Source of the DNA: Takakia lepidozioides
Taxonomy: Eukaryota > Plantae > Bryophyta
DNA: 64,000 bases
Direction: 5' to 3'
Assembly (NCBI GenBank): GCA_030704615.1
Contig: CM060732.1
Coordinates: 25,420,001 to 25,484,000, forward strand
In this document: in pieces, positions 37,950 through 50,329 of the stretch
Position numbering within the stretch: position 1 is the first letter of the stretch
Layout of the letters: every line of letters begins with the position of its first letter
Program-made: the position numbers and the translations under genes
The notes under the pieces: generated by a model
Databases searched by the model: none
What the model was told of the DNA's origin: nothing
The model's input: only the letters and a program-made list of their open reading frames with translations

Positions 37950-40100
37950 TCCCAGACGAGTGGATATTGGGTGAAAATGAGGGAGGAATGGAGCCCTTGG
38001 TATACGACAATCCCAAATACTGTCAGTGCCACTGGTAGTGTTGAGTGCAACCTATGTGGATTAAAGCTTTCTTATCGTAAAGATCGGTTGCTCGCTCACC
38101 TCGGCTATAAAGGTGTGAAGAGCGTTGGGGTGGGTTTATGCCCCAAAGCATCTATGCGGGTAAAAAACCATTTTGCCCAGTGTGGAGGCAATATTCCAAT
38201 GTCTTTGGATCTGGACATGACCTCTGAGCAGAACACTCAATCTTCCCGTCAGGATGTTCCGATTAGTACCAGGGCGACTCTTGTGAGGCTTCGGGTGTCC
38301 TTGGACAAGTAGGTTGTGCCGGAGCAACACCTACTTCAATACCTCTTTGTACCCCTACACTTCAACGGAGTAGAGGATTACGGCAGCAATCCATGCAAGG
38401 AGGTCTTAATTTGTCTGCGAAAAGACAGTTGGATAAAAAATAGGCGCAGTTTTTCTTCGAGGCCAACATACCATTTAATGTGGCAAGGCTTCCGGCATTG
38501 TTTCTGCCGTTAGAGCAACCTCAGAGTCCAGATCCAAGTACGTGCCTCCGACTTATCACAATCTCCGCAAATGATTGCTAGAAGACACCATGACCGAGCT
38601 TACCCAAAATGTCAACGATATGACGGGTGAGTGCATCAGAAAATATGGAAGCACTATATGTGCCGATGATTGGAGTTCTGTCACAAACAGACCGTTGTTC
38701 AATGTCATGCTCGTATGTCCAACTGGGGAACAATTCTTGGGATCGGTCGACACTAGCGGCGAAAAGAAAGATGGACGTTATCAATGCCAACTATTGACGG
38801 ACTTCATCGAACATGTCGGAAGTGATAGAATCGTGCAAATATGCATAGACAATGCCGCTAACATGAGAAACATTGCAGACATGTTGTTGGCACGTTATCC
38901 CCATATGTACCGTCAAGGTTGTGCTGCTCATATCCTTGACCTCCTTTTGGAAGATTGGGAAAAGAACAGTGGGTGAAACAACTTGTCAAGCGAGCGAAGA
39001 CTGTTGTGTCATTCATCCGCACACATCACATCCCTTTGGCAATATATAAGAGGCACGAACCCAAATACAGCCTCCGCAATTCAGGCGAAACTCGTTTTGT
39101 CACTAACTTCTTGATGGTGGATCGGTTGGTGACGGTGAAGAGTAGTCTGGAGCACACCATCATCGATCCTCAATGGGATGCGTACACACGGACATTGCGG
39201 GATTCCAGAAAAGCCAAGTCATTGGGCAAAAGTCGAAAAGTTCGAAATAGCATTCGCAGCGATGATTTTTGGAAGAAATATGAAAACTTTGTTTATATGG
39301 TAGAGCCGGTGTTAATCGTCTTGCGGGAGTTTGATGGAAAGCAACCAGTAATGGGCAAGGCATGGTTACTAATGCAAAATCTTGAGAAGCACGTCCAATC
39401 CTTGAGGCATCCTCCCTTCTCCTTGGAACCTGAACTTGCGGACAATGCTAAGGAGGCATTTTACGACCATCGTTCGATGGTTCGAACGGACTTGCATTAT
39501 ACGGGGGCTTTGCTCAATCCATTCTTGCTTGACAATACCATGCTCCGAGACAACGCTGATGCCAAGGCCAGCCTCGTGCGAGTGCTCATGCGACTGGCTC
39601 CGCCGAACCATGCAGAGAGAGCTATATCCGAGTACCAATGTTTTTCAGATCGCCGCGACCCTTTTGAGGACATGCCGGATCCAAAAGAGCTCAATATGTT
39701 GTCACATGAATGGTGGGATTGGCTCCCGTTGCAAAGCGTATTCTTGCTCAAGTGTGCTCTGCCTCATCTTGCGAACGCAATTTGAGCAGTTACTCATTTG
39801 TTCACAACAAGATTGCCAACAAGTTGAATCCCGCGAGGGCTGACAAATTGGTGTATGTGTATACCAATTGTCGACTGCTACGTGAGAGGGCAGCGGATGA
39901 TGCTGCAGCATGGTATGAGAGGAATTTGCATTCCGAAGACTCTGCTTCTGAGGCTGATTCGATGAGTGACGATACTGAGCCTCAGAGAGAATCATCTCAG
40001 AGGGAATCATCTGCCTCCGATAGTGAAGATGGATCCGATAATGCTCCCGAAAATGCGTATGACCCGTTTACATTCACAGTGGATAATGCTTATATCCAGC
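37950..40100 (+). pseudogene. hAT transposase (BED finger, DUF659, hATC dimerisation domain), frameshifted
   Basis: CNLC..RLLAHL..C; TICADDWS, IDNAANM, CAAHILDLLLED, ETRFVTNF, ILAQVCSASSCERNLSSY..KLVYVYTN, spread over several frames with stops. Confidence 0.93.
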
Positions 40101-41112
40101 CAACCTTGACGACCTTCTTGAAGAAGTGCGTATCGCGGATGAAGGTGAAGCTGCAATTGTGTCATCCCCAGAACATGGTCCTCAAAATGAAGTTGGGGTC
40201 GACCCTTGCCCCCCACTACACGTTGAAGCCACCTGTAGTGCCCCAATGGAACTTAGGGGTGATGTACTGCCAGGACCGATCGACGTATGCAACCCTGTTC
40301 ATACAAACGATGGTGTCGAACCCATTGTACAGTCGACGGGACGGGATCATGCTTCACCGATACGACCAGCTCCACCACAATGCCAAAACCGATCCAGCTC
40401 CTCATCAACACAGCGGGCATTAAGGAGCAACAGGGTTGATATGTTTTCTACATGCATGCATCATTCTGCTGCATTGGACCGGGCGGAAGTTGAAACCTCG
40501 GATGATGACAACCTGTCACTACAATTCCACCTTAACCGACGTGTTGCGCAGCAGACCCGTGGTTCCTCACATGTCGGACCATCTAATGCCGGTCCATCTC
40601 AGGCAGTCCCCCCTCCGATACCTCCTTCGAGACCACCTTCGATTGCGTCCCAAGTCCATAAACGACATAGAACAGTCCAACCTTTTGTAGGCGATCGGCC
40701 CACAAAGGCCAGATACCGTGGATGGTATTCAAGACCGGAGCGGGAGTCGACCACAGAGAGAACTAAATGTGGTTCGAGGTCGCTTGCAGATTCAAAGGTT
40801 TGGACATATGAGGTCGGATACGGAGGACGATTCCAGCACTGATCATGGCAATGGTGGTGAAGTCGAGGGTGACCCGGATTTTCAACCCATCGGAGCATTA
40901 GGATTAGGATCTTCTTCGTCCCGTTGTTGAAGCAGTAGAAGGAATTGAAGCAAAACAGCTGTAGGCATGCATCAGCACTTTTTAGTGGACATGTTTATAT
41001 TTCTGTACTGAAGTAATACCAATGTGATCATTGTCACTATGAGTATTTGTATTGCTGTTGTGTATGTGTTGGAAAATAAAAGATGTTGCCCATGTGTATA
41101 CCAGCCAAAATG

Positions 41113-43390
41113 TCGGCCAAGGTGGCGGTCGCTTCTACGAGGTCTGCCCTCCGCTTGAAGCGAGGAATGAGAGAGCGGGGGGGGGCATATAAGCTCCCAG
41201 TCATTCTCCCCGACCGCCATTTCTGGCGGTCGCCTTTATTTTTTTATTTTTGGAAATGGGGCGACCGCCATTACTGGCGGTCGTTTTGTTTCTTAAATGG
41301 AGCGACCGCGAAGGTGGCAGTCGCTTCTACGAGGTCTGTCCTGCGCGTGGAGCGAGAAATGAGGGGGGGGAGGGATATTACTAGCGGTCGCTTTTAGTTT
41401 AATTATTTTGGAAATAAATCGACCGCCATTACTGGCGGTCGCTTTTAGTTTAATTATTTTGGAAATGAAGCGACGCCATTACTGGCGGTCGCTTTTAGTT
41501 TAATTATTTTGGAAATGAAGCGACCGCCATTACTGGCGGTCGCTTTTAATTTAATTATTTTGGAAATAAAGCGACCGCCATTGCTGGCGGTCGCTTTTAT
41601 CTTAATTATTTTGGAAATGAAACAACCGCCGTTACTGGCAGTCGTTTTTTTGTTGTTTGGGAGCAAAATGGAGCGACCGCCATTAGGGGCGGTCGCCAGT
41701 ATTGTTGTTTCTTGTAGTTGCAGCGACCGCCATTAGTGGCGGTCGCTTTTATTAAAATTTGGTTGGAAATGGAGCGACCGACGTAAATCGTTTTTATTTT
41801 AATTGTTTTGAAAATGAAAATGGAGCGACCGCAAAGGTGGCGGTCGCTTCTACGAAGTGTCCCCTGCGCATGAAGCGAGGAGTGCGGCGGGGGGAGGGGG
41901 GCATATAAGCTCCGAGACATTCTCCCCTCACTTCCGATCGCTTGAAGTTTTTTTTTGTTTTTATAAATGCAGCGACCGCCATTACTGGCGGTCGTTTTTT
42001 TTCTTTTTTTTGGCGAAATGGAGCGACCCCCATTTGTGGCGGTCGGTCTTTTTTTGTTTTTAAATGGAGCGACCGCCATTACTAGCGGTCGCTTTTATTT
42101 TTTTATTTTTGGAAATAGGGCGACCCCGGCATTACTGGCGGTCGCTTTTATTTTAATCATTTTGGAAATGAAGCGACCGCCATAACTGGCGGTCGCTTTT
42201 ATTTTAATTATTTTGAAAAATGAAGCGACAGCCATTACTTGGCAGTCGCTTTTATTTTAATATTTTTGAAATGAAGCGACCGCCATAATTGGCGGTCGTT
42301 TTTATTTTAATTATTTTGGAACTGAAGCGATAGCCATAACTGGCAGTCGCTTTTATTTTAATTATTTTGGAAATGAAGCGACAGCCATTACTGGCAGTGG
42401 CTTTTATTTTAATTATTTTGGAAATGAAGCGACCGCCATTTCTGGCGGTCGCTTTTTTGTTTCTTGGAGGAAAATGGAGCGACCGCCATTAGGGGCGGTT
42501 GCCGGTATTGTTGTTTTTTGTAATTGCAGCGACCGCCATTAGTGGCGGTCGTTTTTTTTAAAATTTGGTTGGAAATGGAGCGACCGCCATTTGTGGCGGT
42601 CGCATTTATTTTAATTTTTTTGAAAATGAAAATCAAACGACCGCCATTACTGACGGTCGCTTTTATTTAAATGTTTTTGAAAATCAAGCGACCGCCATGA
42701 CTGGCTGTCGCTTTTATTTTAATTGTTTTGAAAATCAAGCGACAGCCATTGCTGGCGGTCGCTTTTATTTTAATTTTTTTGAAAATAAAGCGACCGCCTA
42801 TGTTGGCGGTCGCTTATTTATTTTAAATATTTTGAACATGAAGCAACCGCCTATGTTGGCGGTCGCTTATTTATTATAAAGTTTTTGAAAATGAAGCGAC
42901 CGCCTATGTTGGCGGTCGCTTATTTATTTTAAAGTTTTGGAAAATGAAGCGACCGCCTATGTTGGCGGTCGCTTATTTATTTTAATGTTTTGAAAATGAA
43001 GCGACCGCCTATGTTGGCGGTCGCTTACTTATTTTTTTTTAAATTTAAATGAAGCGACTGCCTATGTTTGTGGTCGCTTATTTTTTTTAAAGTTTTCGAA
43101 AATGAAGCGACCGCCTATGTTGGCGTTCATTTTTTTTTTTTTTTTAAATTTTAAATGAGGCGACTGCCTATGTTGGCGCTCGCTTATTTTTTTTAAAGTT
43201 TTTGAAAATGAAGCGACCGCCTATGTTGGCGCTCGCTTATTTTTTTTAAATGTTTTGAAAATGAACCGACCGCTTATGTTAGCGGTCGTTTTTTTTTTTT
43301 AATTTTTGAAAATGAAGCGACGGCCTATGTTGGCGGTCGTTTATTTATTTTAAAGTTTTTGAAAATGATGCGACCGCCTATGGTGTCGCT
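41113..43390. repeat. 2.3-kb array of ~58-60-bp units with a palindromic core
   Basis: AAGCGACCGCCATTACTGGCGGTCGCTT plus linker TTATTTTAATTATTTTGGAAATG, roughly 35-40 units. Confidence 0.95.
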
Positions 43391-43760
43391 TCTAGAAGAT
43401 TCGCCCTGCACGTGGCCCGAGAAATGAGGGCGGGGGGGATATAAACCAAGGGAGGCTTATTCTCCCCTCACTTCCTCTCCACACAACTTCTGTGTGCGTG
43501 GCATTTCATTATTCCACGACACGTAGTCACGTGGAGAAGGAGGCCATTAGTTGGGTGGGGGGTATTTTTTGCCGCGATTTCTGTGGGGTCGTTGCAGAAT
43601 ACTCCCATAGGCCCTACTCTGGCTTCCAGGATCATTTTATTCTACAAAATCAGCTTTTAGGAACTATTTTGACACCTACTCAAACCTACTTAACGAGGGA
43701 AGGGTTTAAAGTTACGTCTTTTTAGAAAACCTCGTTTAGTGTTGTTCCGATTGTTGTAGA

Positions 43761-44412
43761 ATGACAGAGGGCAAGGACGATGACCGTCATAGAAGAGTTG
43801 ACCCCAATGAACATGGACCGCCCCCTAAGAAAATCAAAGGGTCGAGGCAAGACTTGAATTGGGAAGTATATGGTGACCCTAGCATACTAGCAGAAGAGGG
43901 CTGGGAGGATGTTCCGGAAGAGTTCCGATGGCCGATGGCGAGATGCAAAAAATTCATGAAATGGTACCACATCAATCGATTGTGGCCTTTGGATAGGCAT
44001 GACGTGCAAACCCGAAACAATTACGCAGAGTCCGGGTCTTGCATGAACTTGCATTTCCAGCATAGGGCGAATGAGATGCATTGCACATTGTGGGATCAAC
44101 AACTCTTAAGGGTCAAATCCCGTACACCTTGGCAGCCATGTTGTACGTGGAGGTCATACTCTTGCGTCCAGTGAATTGACAAACTGCTAGTAGGAGGAAC
44201 ACAAGGTTGCTATACGATTTGGAGTACATCCCGGATTCGTTCGGAATATAACCGGCTACAACGTTAGAGGAATAACTGGCAGAAAGAGACCAGCGAATCA
44301 GGACCCTGCAGGACCGACTAAACTGGCAAACACTGCGCATAGCCGAGTTGGAAGCTAGATTGCAAGACATGCCTCCAAACAATGAAGGCACTGTTGTCCA
44401 CAATGATGTTCC
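43761..44412 (+). pseudogene. Unknown TE cargo protein with NLS-like motif and coiled coil; decayed and 3'-truncated
   Basis: ATG follows a TTGTAG acceptor. PPPKKIK; after a frameshift IPYTLAAMLYVEVILLRPVN and LAERDQRIRTLQDRLNWQTLRIAELEARLQD. Contains stops. Confidence 0.55.
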
Positions 44413-45397
44413 AAAGGCCCCTGATGTTCCAAGAGGCCATGTCAATCAACATGGGGGTGGAAGGCAATGCTGAGATGATCAATCTCATTTGATGATCAAT
44501 CTCATTTGATGGTCTCTGACTTAGACAATTGAAATTAACCCGCTTATCAGAAGGGATGAGGCTGTTTACCCAGATATAGAGGTTGGGAGGTGAGGGAGGT
44601 CTTCTCGAAATTTGAACCATGATGAGGTGGGAGATGTCCGATTGGGAATTTGAAAGGATCTGATTTGGGAGAGGGGGTATGGCAAAAATAGTGGGATTTG
44701 GGGGAAGTTTTTTGAAAAAGGCTGAGTTACGTGTGCTAAGGATGGGAAGGTCATAGAGGTCAGAGAGGCGAGGGAGGTCTGAGGGGGATGTACCTGCAGG
44801 CAGGCTTATAGCCGGGAGGGTTTTCTTGGCGGATTGCCTAGCATCAGCAGACAGGCGCATACATAGAACCCAACATCTCTTCCTATCCTTGGAGTCAGCC
44901 TGGAACAGAAAGAATGGCAGGGGCTGGGGGCTTACCTTAGAGAGAGGAGAACCCGCCTCGTGGGTGGCATTCAGCAGAGAGGCCGGGTGTGGGGAAGCCG
45001 TAGGGATGGAGAAATAGCTGATTTCCGCTTGAACTTCTTGGATGGAAGAGAGTAGATTGGCTATACTCCGATTGTCATCTGCAGAATTGGATCCTGATTT
45101 GGCTTACTTGGCCCCGAGGCTCCTGTCGGGGTGGGGCCTCCTCTTCTCTTGCCAGTGGCTACACCCCTGGGGAGCCACTTGAAGAAGATGATTAAGGGGG
45201 AAGCGGACGAATCCCTTTGAGGTGATCTCTTGTTCTCTGCAGGTCGTCTTGGTGGTTAATATCCGTCATGCGTTGGTCCAATAGCCTGGAGAGGAGGGTA
45301 AAGGCATTTGATAACACATCCTTTGCCCTAATGTGGGCTGGCTGCTTGCCCCATGGTTTCCCCAAACAGTCTTCCCTGATCCACCATGATTTGTCTG
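44413..45397 (-). mobile_element. L1-type LINE copy A, ORF1 3' part and ORF2 start
   Basis: MLIDMASWNIRGL; colinear with copy B at 61665-62195 and 53052-53505. Confidence 0.88.
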
Positions 45398-46190
45398 CCC
45401 GGGGAGGTCACTTCCAAAAATTTCCAACCGACGTGCAAAAAAATATAGGATGCAATTTATTCACAAAAGATAAAAATTAGAAAACATTTAAAAGTAATAA
45501 AGGGTACATTATATTGTGATAAGTGAATTTAAATTAATATAGGGTCCAAAATAATGATTGATTTTAAATTTTTCTTAAAACTAATATAGGGTTGAGATAA
45601 ATATCTATGAAAAATTCCAAAAATATATACATGTTCTTAGGGGAAAACTTAATACTTACAAAAAAATAGTGGCTAGGTAGGATTCAAAAAATGAGAAGGT
45701 AGGCAGGGAGCAGGTGGGGGATATCGCAACAACCTATTGATCTCCTAAATAGACCAACCACACTAGTTATGGTGTTATTAAACTACTTCTCAAAATCTAG
45801 AGGACAATTTAAATTCAAATATGATCATACTGACTGGGTAGATATAGATTCAATTATTAGTTCAGTCACTATGACTTTCGATAGAGCGCAAAACGTTTAT
45901 ACTTTGAATGCGGATGATGCGAATGTTTTAAATGAATTTATTTCAACCAAATAATAAATTCATTTGTTTTGTTTTAAAAAATCTTTTATTGTATTATTAA
46001 TATAGGGTGCCTAATATTTGTTTGAAACAAAAAATTACAATTAAAATAGCATGCCAAAAAATCACCATATTACAAAATTATGTAATTATAGGGTACTAAA
46101 AAATACCCAAAGTAAAAGTAATACCCCCCTACAAAATACCCATTTATCTCATGTGCCCTATACAAGTGATAGGGAGTGACTCCCCCCGGG
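45398..46190. mobile_element. 793-bp non-autonomous TIR element with 8-bp TSD
   Basis: CCCGGGGAGGTCACTTCC versus reverse-complemented end CCCGGGGGGAGTCACTCCC. Flanks are TTTGTCTG / CTTGCCTG. The interior is AT-rich with a 61-codon ORF tail, and removal restores colinearity with LINE copy B. Confidence 0.8.
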
Positions 46191-46797
46191 CTTGCCTGGG
46201 AGGGGGGGGGGGGGTGGTAGATGTCTGCATCCTCCATCAAAGCCAACACCTGGGTGTTAGGCCTGCAGTTTAAATATGGGTGTTCTTCCACATACGCCCC
46301 CCAGGTGATAGTCGAGGATGGTGAAATGAGATAGCACGGTAGATGATTGGCAAAGAAATCCTAGATTTTAGCCATGAACATGCACTGAGGACTGCTGTTG
46401 GGGGGACATTTTTCAATAAAACTTAACACATCTTGATTGGTGATCCACAGAGATTCCAAATCATGTCTATCTTCAGATGTAATGAGGATTGAGGCTGGGG
46501 GGCCTATTTTGAAGATAATGGGGGTAACACAAGAGGCTTTGGGAGCCTCGTTGGTGACAAGACTGAGCAACCTGGCAGTACAAGGTCTTGGAAGGATTGT
46601 ATGGATTTTAGAACAATGGCCACCACCGGACTGCCTGCAATAGCTGAAGGAGAGAGCTTCATAGCGGGGTCCGCCTCTGGGGAGAATGGAGCTGAGGGAG
46701 GTGGAGGGAGACTGGAGGTCTGCGCATTGACGAGGGGGGGGGGACACTTCTGGGCGATAGGAGGGGCAATCAGTGAGCAGCTAGCCGCCAAATGCAT
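46191..46797 (-). mobile_element. L1-type LINE copy A, ORF1 middle (5'-truncated)
   Basis: SFIEKCPPNSS.QCM.MAKI and EEHPYLNC.PNT.VLALMEDADIY are shared with copy B at 53505-54065. Confidence 0.88.
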
Positions 46798-47670
46798 CAA
46801 CGCCCTCAATGGTTATGTAGGCCTTTGTCGAAACCCCGTCGATTCGATGAAGTCTTTTGGGAACATAAAAAACGAGCTCTCTCCATTCGTCGTAAAAGGA
46901 TCCCCAATAAGCGGTCCGAATAACGAGTGTTTTTCTCCAGTCGAAATATTGGCAACACTGTAAATTGCAACATTGTTTGCTGCTGACTTCTCGAACTGCC
47001 TGCAGAGAGAGGCGAGCATTTATCTTTTTGGAATCGTCTTTTTTTGGATCTTTTTTGGTCTGTTGAAATGCCGGTATGCTGCTTTTTTCACACCTTTCTC
47101 GTTGTGACCAATATCTGTTTGTTCCCGGCTATTGATGAACCTATGAAGCTCGTGTGACAATGTCCTGCCACTATCAATCAACCGAGTCTGCGTCAATGGC
47201 CAGTTCACGAGACACATGAGATTGGTCGAACCGCCATTCAAAATCCTTGTAACGAGCACCCCGACAACTTTCTCACAAAGTATCACCTCGTCAGGATGAC
47301 ATGCTTGAATTCTGCCCTCGTACAAAGCACTTTGTTCATCTCCAAGGAGAATACACAATTTATTTCTCCAACTGTCTCTACCCATAGCAACATCGTTATT
47401 CGGAGACGGCCTTGACATGTCAGATTCAATTTTGTTCATTGAATTTTGGAAGGGAATCAACCGCAAATGTCAATTCGACCTCTGAGAACTGAGGATCCTC
47501 ATTGTTGGTGTTGGTGTCAGTCCCAGTATCTTTCTGAATTTGCACCACATCCCAAACGACAGGTGTTCCGATTGCTTCTCCCAAAGAGTCCGCATACATG
47601 TGTGGATATGGCAACGACACAGAAGAATGTATCAAGTTATTTTACCACTAGTGTGAAGTTGGCTAGGAAA
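46798..47670 (-). mobile_element. DNA-transposon gene fragment (Cys-rich N-terminal region, possibly Sola-like)
   Basis: LPYP..SLGEAIGTPVVW, GRIQACHPDEVIL..VGV.V..WP, then after a frameshift VSSKQCCNLQCCQYF..R..YW and RLH..ITIEGVD, cut at the LINE junction. No catalytic domain is present, so the superfamily is uncertain. Confidence 0.4.
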
Positions 47671-49089
47671 TAGCTAGCTTTTATATATTGACATTTGGGA
47701 TTGACCCAAGTGTCAATCCAGGGGCCAATACATGTTTGGGCACCTGGCGTTGTTATCCTCACGACAGATCGCGGTGGGCTCATCTTTCTCGAGTTGAGCC
47801 TCACCGCGTCTAGCTATGGCGCCGTTGTGTGGATTCCCCATGGCGTGGGGTGCACTTGGCTCGACTTAATATATGAGTGATGTTTTCATGTGCAAGTATA
47901 TAAGTTTGAGAGAGCTTGTGTGCTTGTATCATTACTTTCTTTATCACTCGAGAAAGATGAGCTCGAGTCTGTGAGTGCCAGGTTCGAGTTAGTTGTAGCA
48001 CTTGTGTTTTCAGATCATGAGAAGCGGTTCAGCCTAGAGTGCAGGGATCCGTGCATGAGCTATCCAAACGGATAGAGTGCAAAGGCGAACAGGTTGCAGG
48101 TTTGCAATGGATAGAGAGGCGGTCAGTGTTGCATAACTCAACGCTATGGCAACCAAGTTTGGGCTTCTAGTGTGAAGCGGAGGAGATGTTGGCCACGAGT
48201 GGGCGAACTGGTGGTCGTCTTCTTTAGTTGCAGGCCGAGTTAGGAGCTGCAAAAATGTAGGCTGCGCATGGGAAACTAGCATGTTGCAGGTTAGAGATGA
48301 TATGATCAGCTCCAGGTATTTCTGCCCGAAACTAGCTGTTGTGGGTAGATGAGGAGTAGCCGAATGGTGGAGTTGCGAGGGGATGCATCGCAGCCCGTTG
48401 GGAGCTTCAACTCCAAGCTCATGAAGAGGTATGAGTGAAGAGAGGGGGCTGGTCCCTCTTGTGTGCAAAGCAGTGCACTTGTGAAGCAAGTGCTGAGTTG
48501 GAGTTTCAATCTGAAACTCAGCAGTGTAAGGGCTCTTGGAGTGGCAAGAGCGGGGCTGGAAGGGCAGCAGCGAGGCGTCCTAGAGCCAGGGGATGTGCAG
48601 TAGAACTACAGGTACACCAAGGTTGTAAATGTGTGTATTTTCAGATTTATTTTTGTAAGCTTCATGGAGAAAATGGAGCTTGCTGTAGTTTAGCAACATG
48701 TGGATGAACACCAAATTTTAGGTTAGCAGAGAGGTCAAGTAGTGGTTAATCCAAACCACTCGATGCTCATTTGCTGCCTGATCCTCGCAATATCTTTGTC
48801 AGAATCCTAGAGTATCTCTGGGCTCCAGGAGGAAAAAATTGGACCTACTTTGTCCCCATGGCATCAATCTGGGAAAAGGAAAACTCTGATGTCATGCACA
48901 CTCACCCTCCCAAGTTCATTGCTTTAGGAAAAATGCTCTCCGTTGTGCAGGACTGCCGTGACATTAAGGTCAAGCAAGAGGTTGGTACCTCCAGCACAGT
49001 AGTGGACCTTTCGGACTCCTCTGAGGAGGACGTTTCGGAAATTGAGGCTCCCCATCCTCCAGCGTTTCCCCACGACAATGAGGTGTAGG

Positions 49090-49545
49090 AGATATGCAGT
49101 GTCATCCCAAGATTGAAATCCATGTCAGGAATGCCTGGTTACAAGAGTGAAAGAAGAGGTATTCCATGGGACACTATCAGTATTCAGCAGGTGAAAGTTC
49201 GTCCCACCTACCTTCGATGGTGACATTGTGTTCAAGCTTCCTCCACATCTACGAGTTGGTGGCCTGGCTAGGCTAATGGCTGGAATGGATAAGAAACATG
49301 TTGGGCACCCATGGTGAAGAACAAAACTAACAAACATTCAAAATCGTGACAAATTGACATTCAGGAGGACTGTGTGCAATGGCCACCTCAGGTGCAAGAA
49401 CTTGAGATGCCAGCATTTCTTCATGTCTGGTGTTCACAACCAAAGTGAGTGGGATGGTGTTGCTGAAAATCCTTTCCAACCTGGCATACCTCCTCCTCCC
49501 AACAACACTTTCATGTGCAAGTTCTGTAAAATGTTGCAGAAGCCA
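49090..49545 (+). mobile_element. Transposase N-terminal fragment with a GCM/WRKY-like Cys/His domain (Mutator-like)
   Basis: FVPPTFDGDIVFKLPP..GMDKKHVGHPW..TNI..LTFRRTVCNGHLRCKNLRC..NQSEWDG..CKFCK; contains stops and is truncated. Confidence 0.5.
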
Positions 49546-49914
49546 TAGCTCGTCGGCAGCAGGTGCAGTTTTTTTTTTTTTTTTTTTTTCACTCTTCCTG
49601 TTCGCGGCCTTCCGTGGCTCTAACCGCCACTACTCCTCACGACCCACCCTAGGCACTCGTTGGCCACGGGCTGCCCAGTGATACCCCGTGGTACCACTCC
49701 CACGAGCCTTCACGGCCCGCCATCCCCACGATCTGGTCACTGTGCCCACCCGTTGTGTCCGCACCACGACTTCCAACGGTCACGGTCAACCATCACGACC
49801 TGGGCTCGTGGTATCTCATGATACCGCCCCAACAGCCCATCACGGCCACTATTCCTTGCGTTCCCTGGAACTCCCAACGAGTTCCCATGCGTTCCCGAGG
49901 CGTTCCCGACGTTC

Positions 49915-50200
49915 CTAGCTCTTCTTGATGGGGAGGCTGGGCTCTGAAGAACATCCCTGCAAGTAATCTTTTTTGGTTTTCAGCCCAATTCTTAACTATG
50001 GGGGAGACCAGCCTGCAGGTAATTCTTTTGGACAGAATGTTGTTGGGGCCTATATGTACCTCTATTTGCTCCATTTTTGAACCTTCAGCGAATGGTGTGG
50101 TTTCCTGAGGTGGTTCCATTCGGAGGAATGGCTGGTGGACGTAAGGAGGCACTAGTGGACCCTGTGGAGGCTTGCATGGGGCCTTGGAGGCCAAGTTTCA
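49915..50200 (-). mobile_element. Possible LINE ORF1 N-terminal fragment
   Basis: RLLAGMFFRAQPPHQEEL resembles the start of DUF4283-type ORF1 domains; the match is short. Confidence 0.3.
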
Positions 50201-50329
50201 TGAGCTCTTGGAGGGCGGTTTGAGGAGTGTCTACAGGATGCTCTCATGGTCATGCAAGTGAGAGAAGAGAGGAAAAAAAGAGGGTGTTGGGATGAGAGCG
50301 TGCTGGGGATAGGCATTGCTTTAGCTTCC

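Larger units (their letters stand above)
36867..44412 (+). mobile_element. Large hAT transposon (right end deleted) with hairpin arrays and a cargo ORF
   Basis: Starts abruptly inside the CACTA ORF (CCCGGTTATTAGCGTCACGTC..., with CGTCA repeats). The same GCGACCGCC motif flanks the transposase on both sides. No second TIR is seen before the junction with the LINE. Confidence 0.75.

Noticed and set aside
41113-43390. CRISPR-like look (palindromic repeats with spacers)
   Set aside because: The linkers are homologous A/T-rich copies rather than unique spacers, there are no cas genes, and the context is eukaryotic TE DNA.
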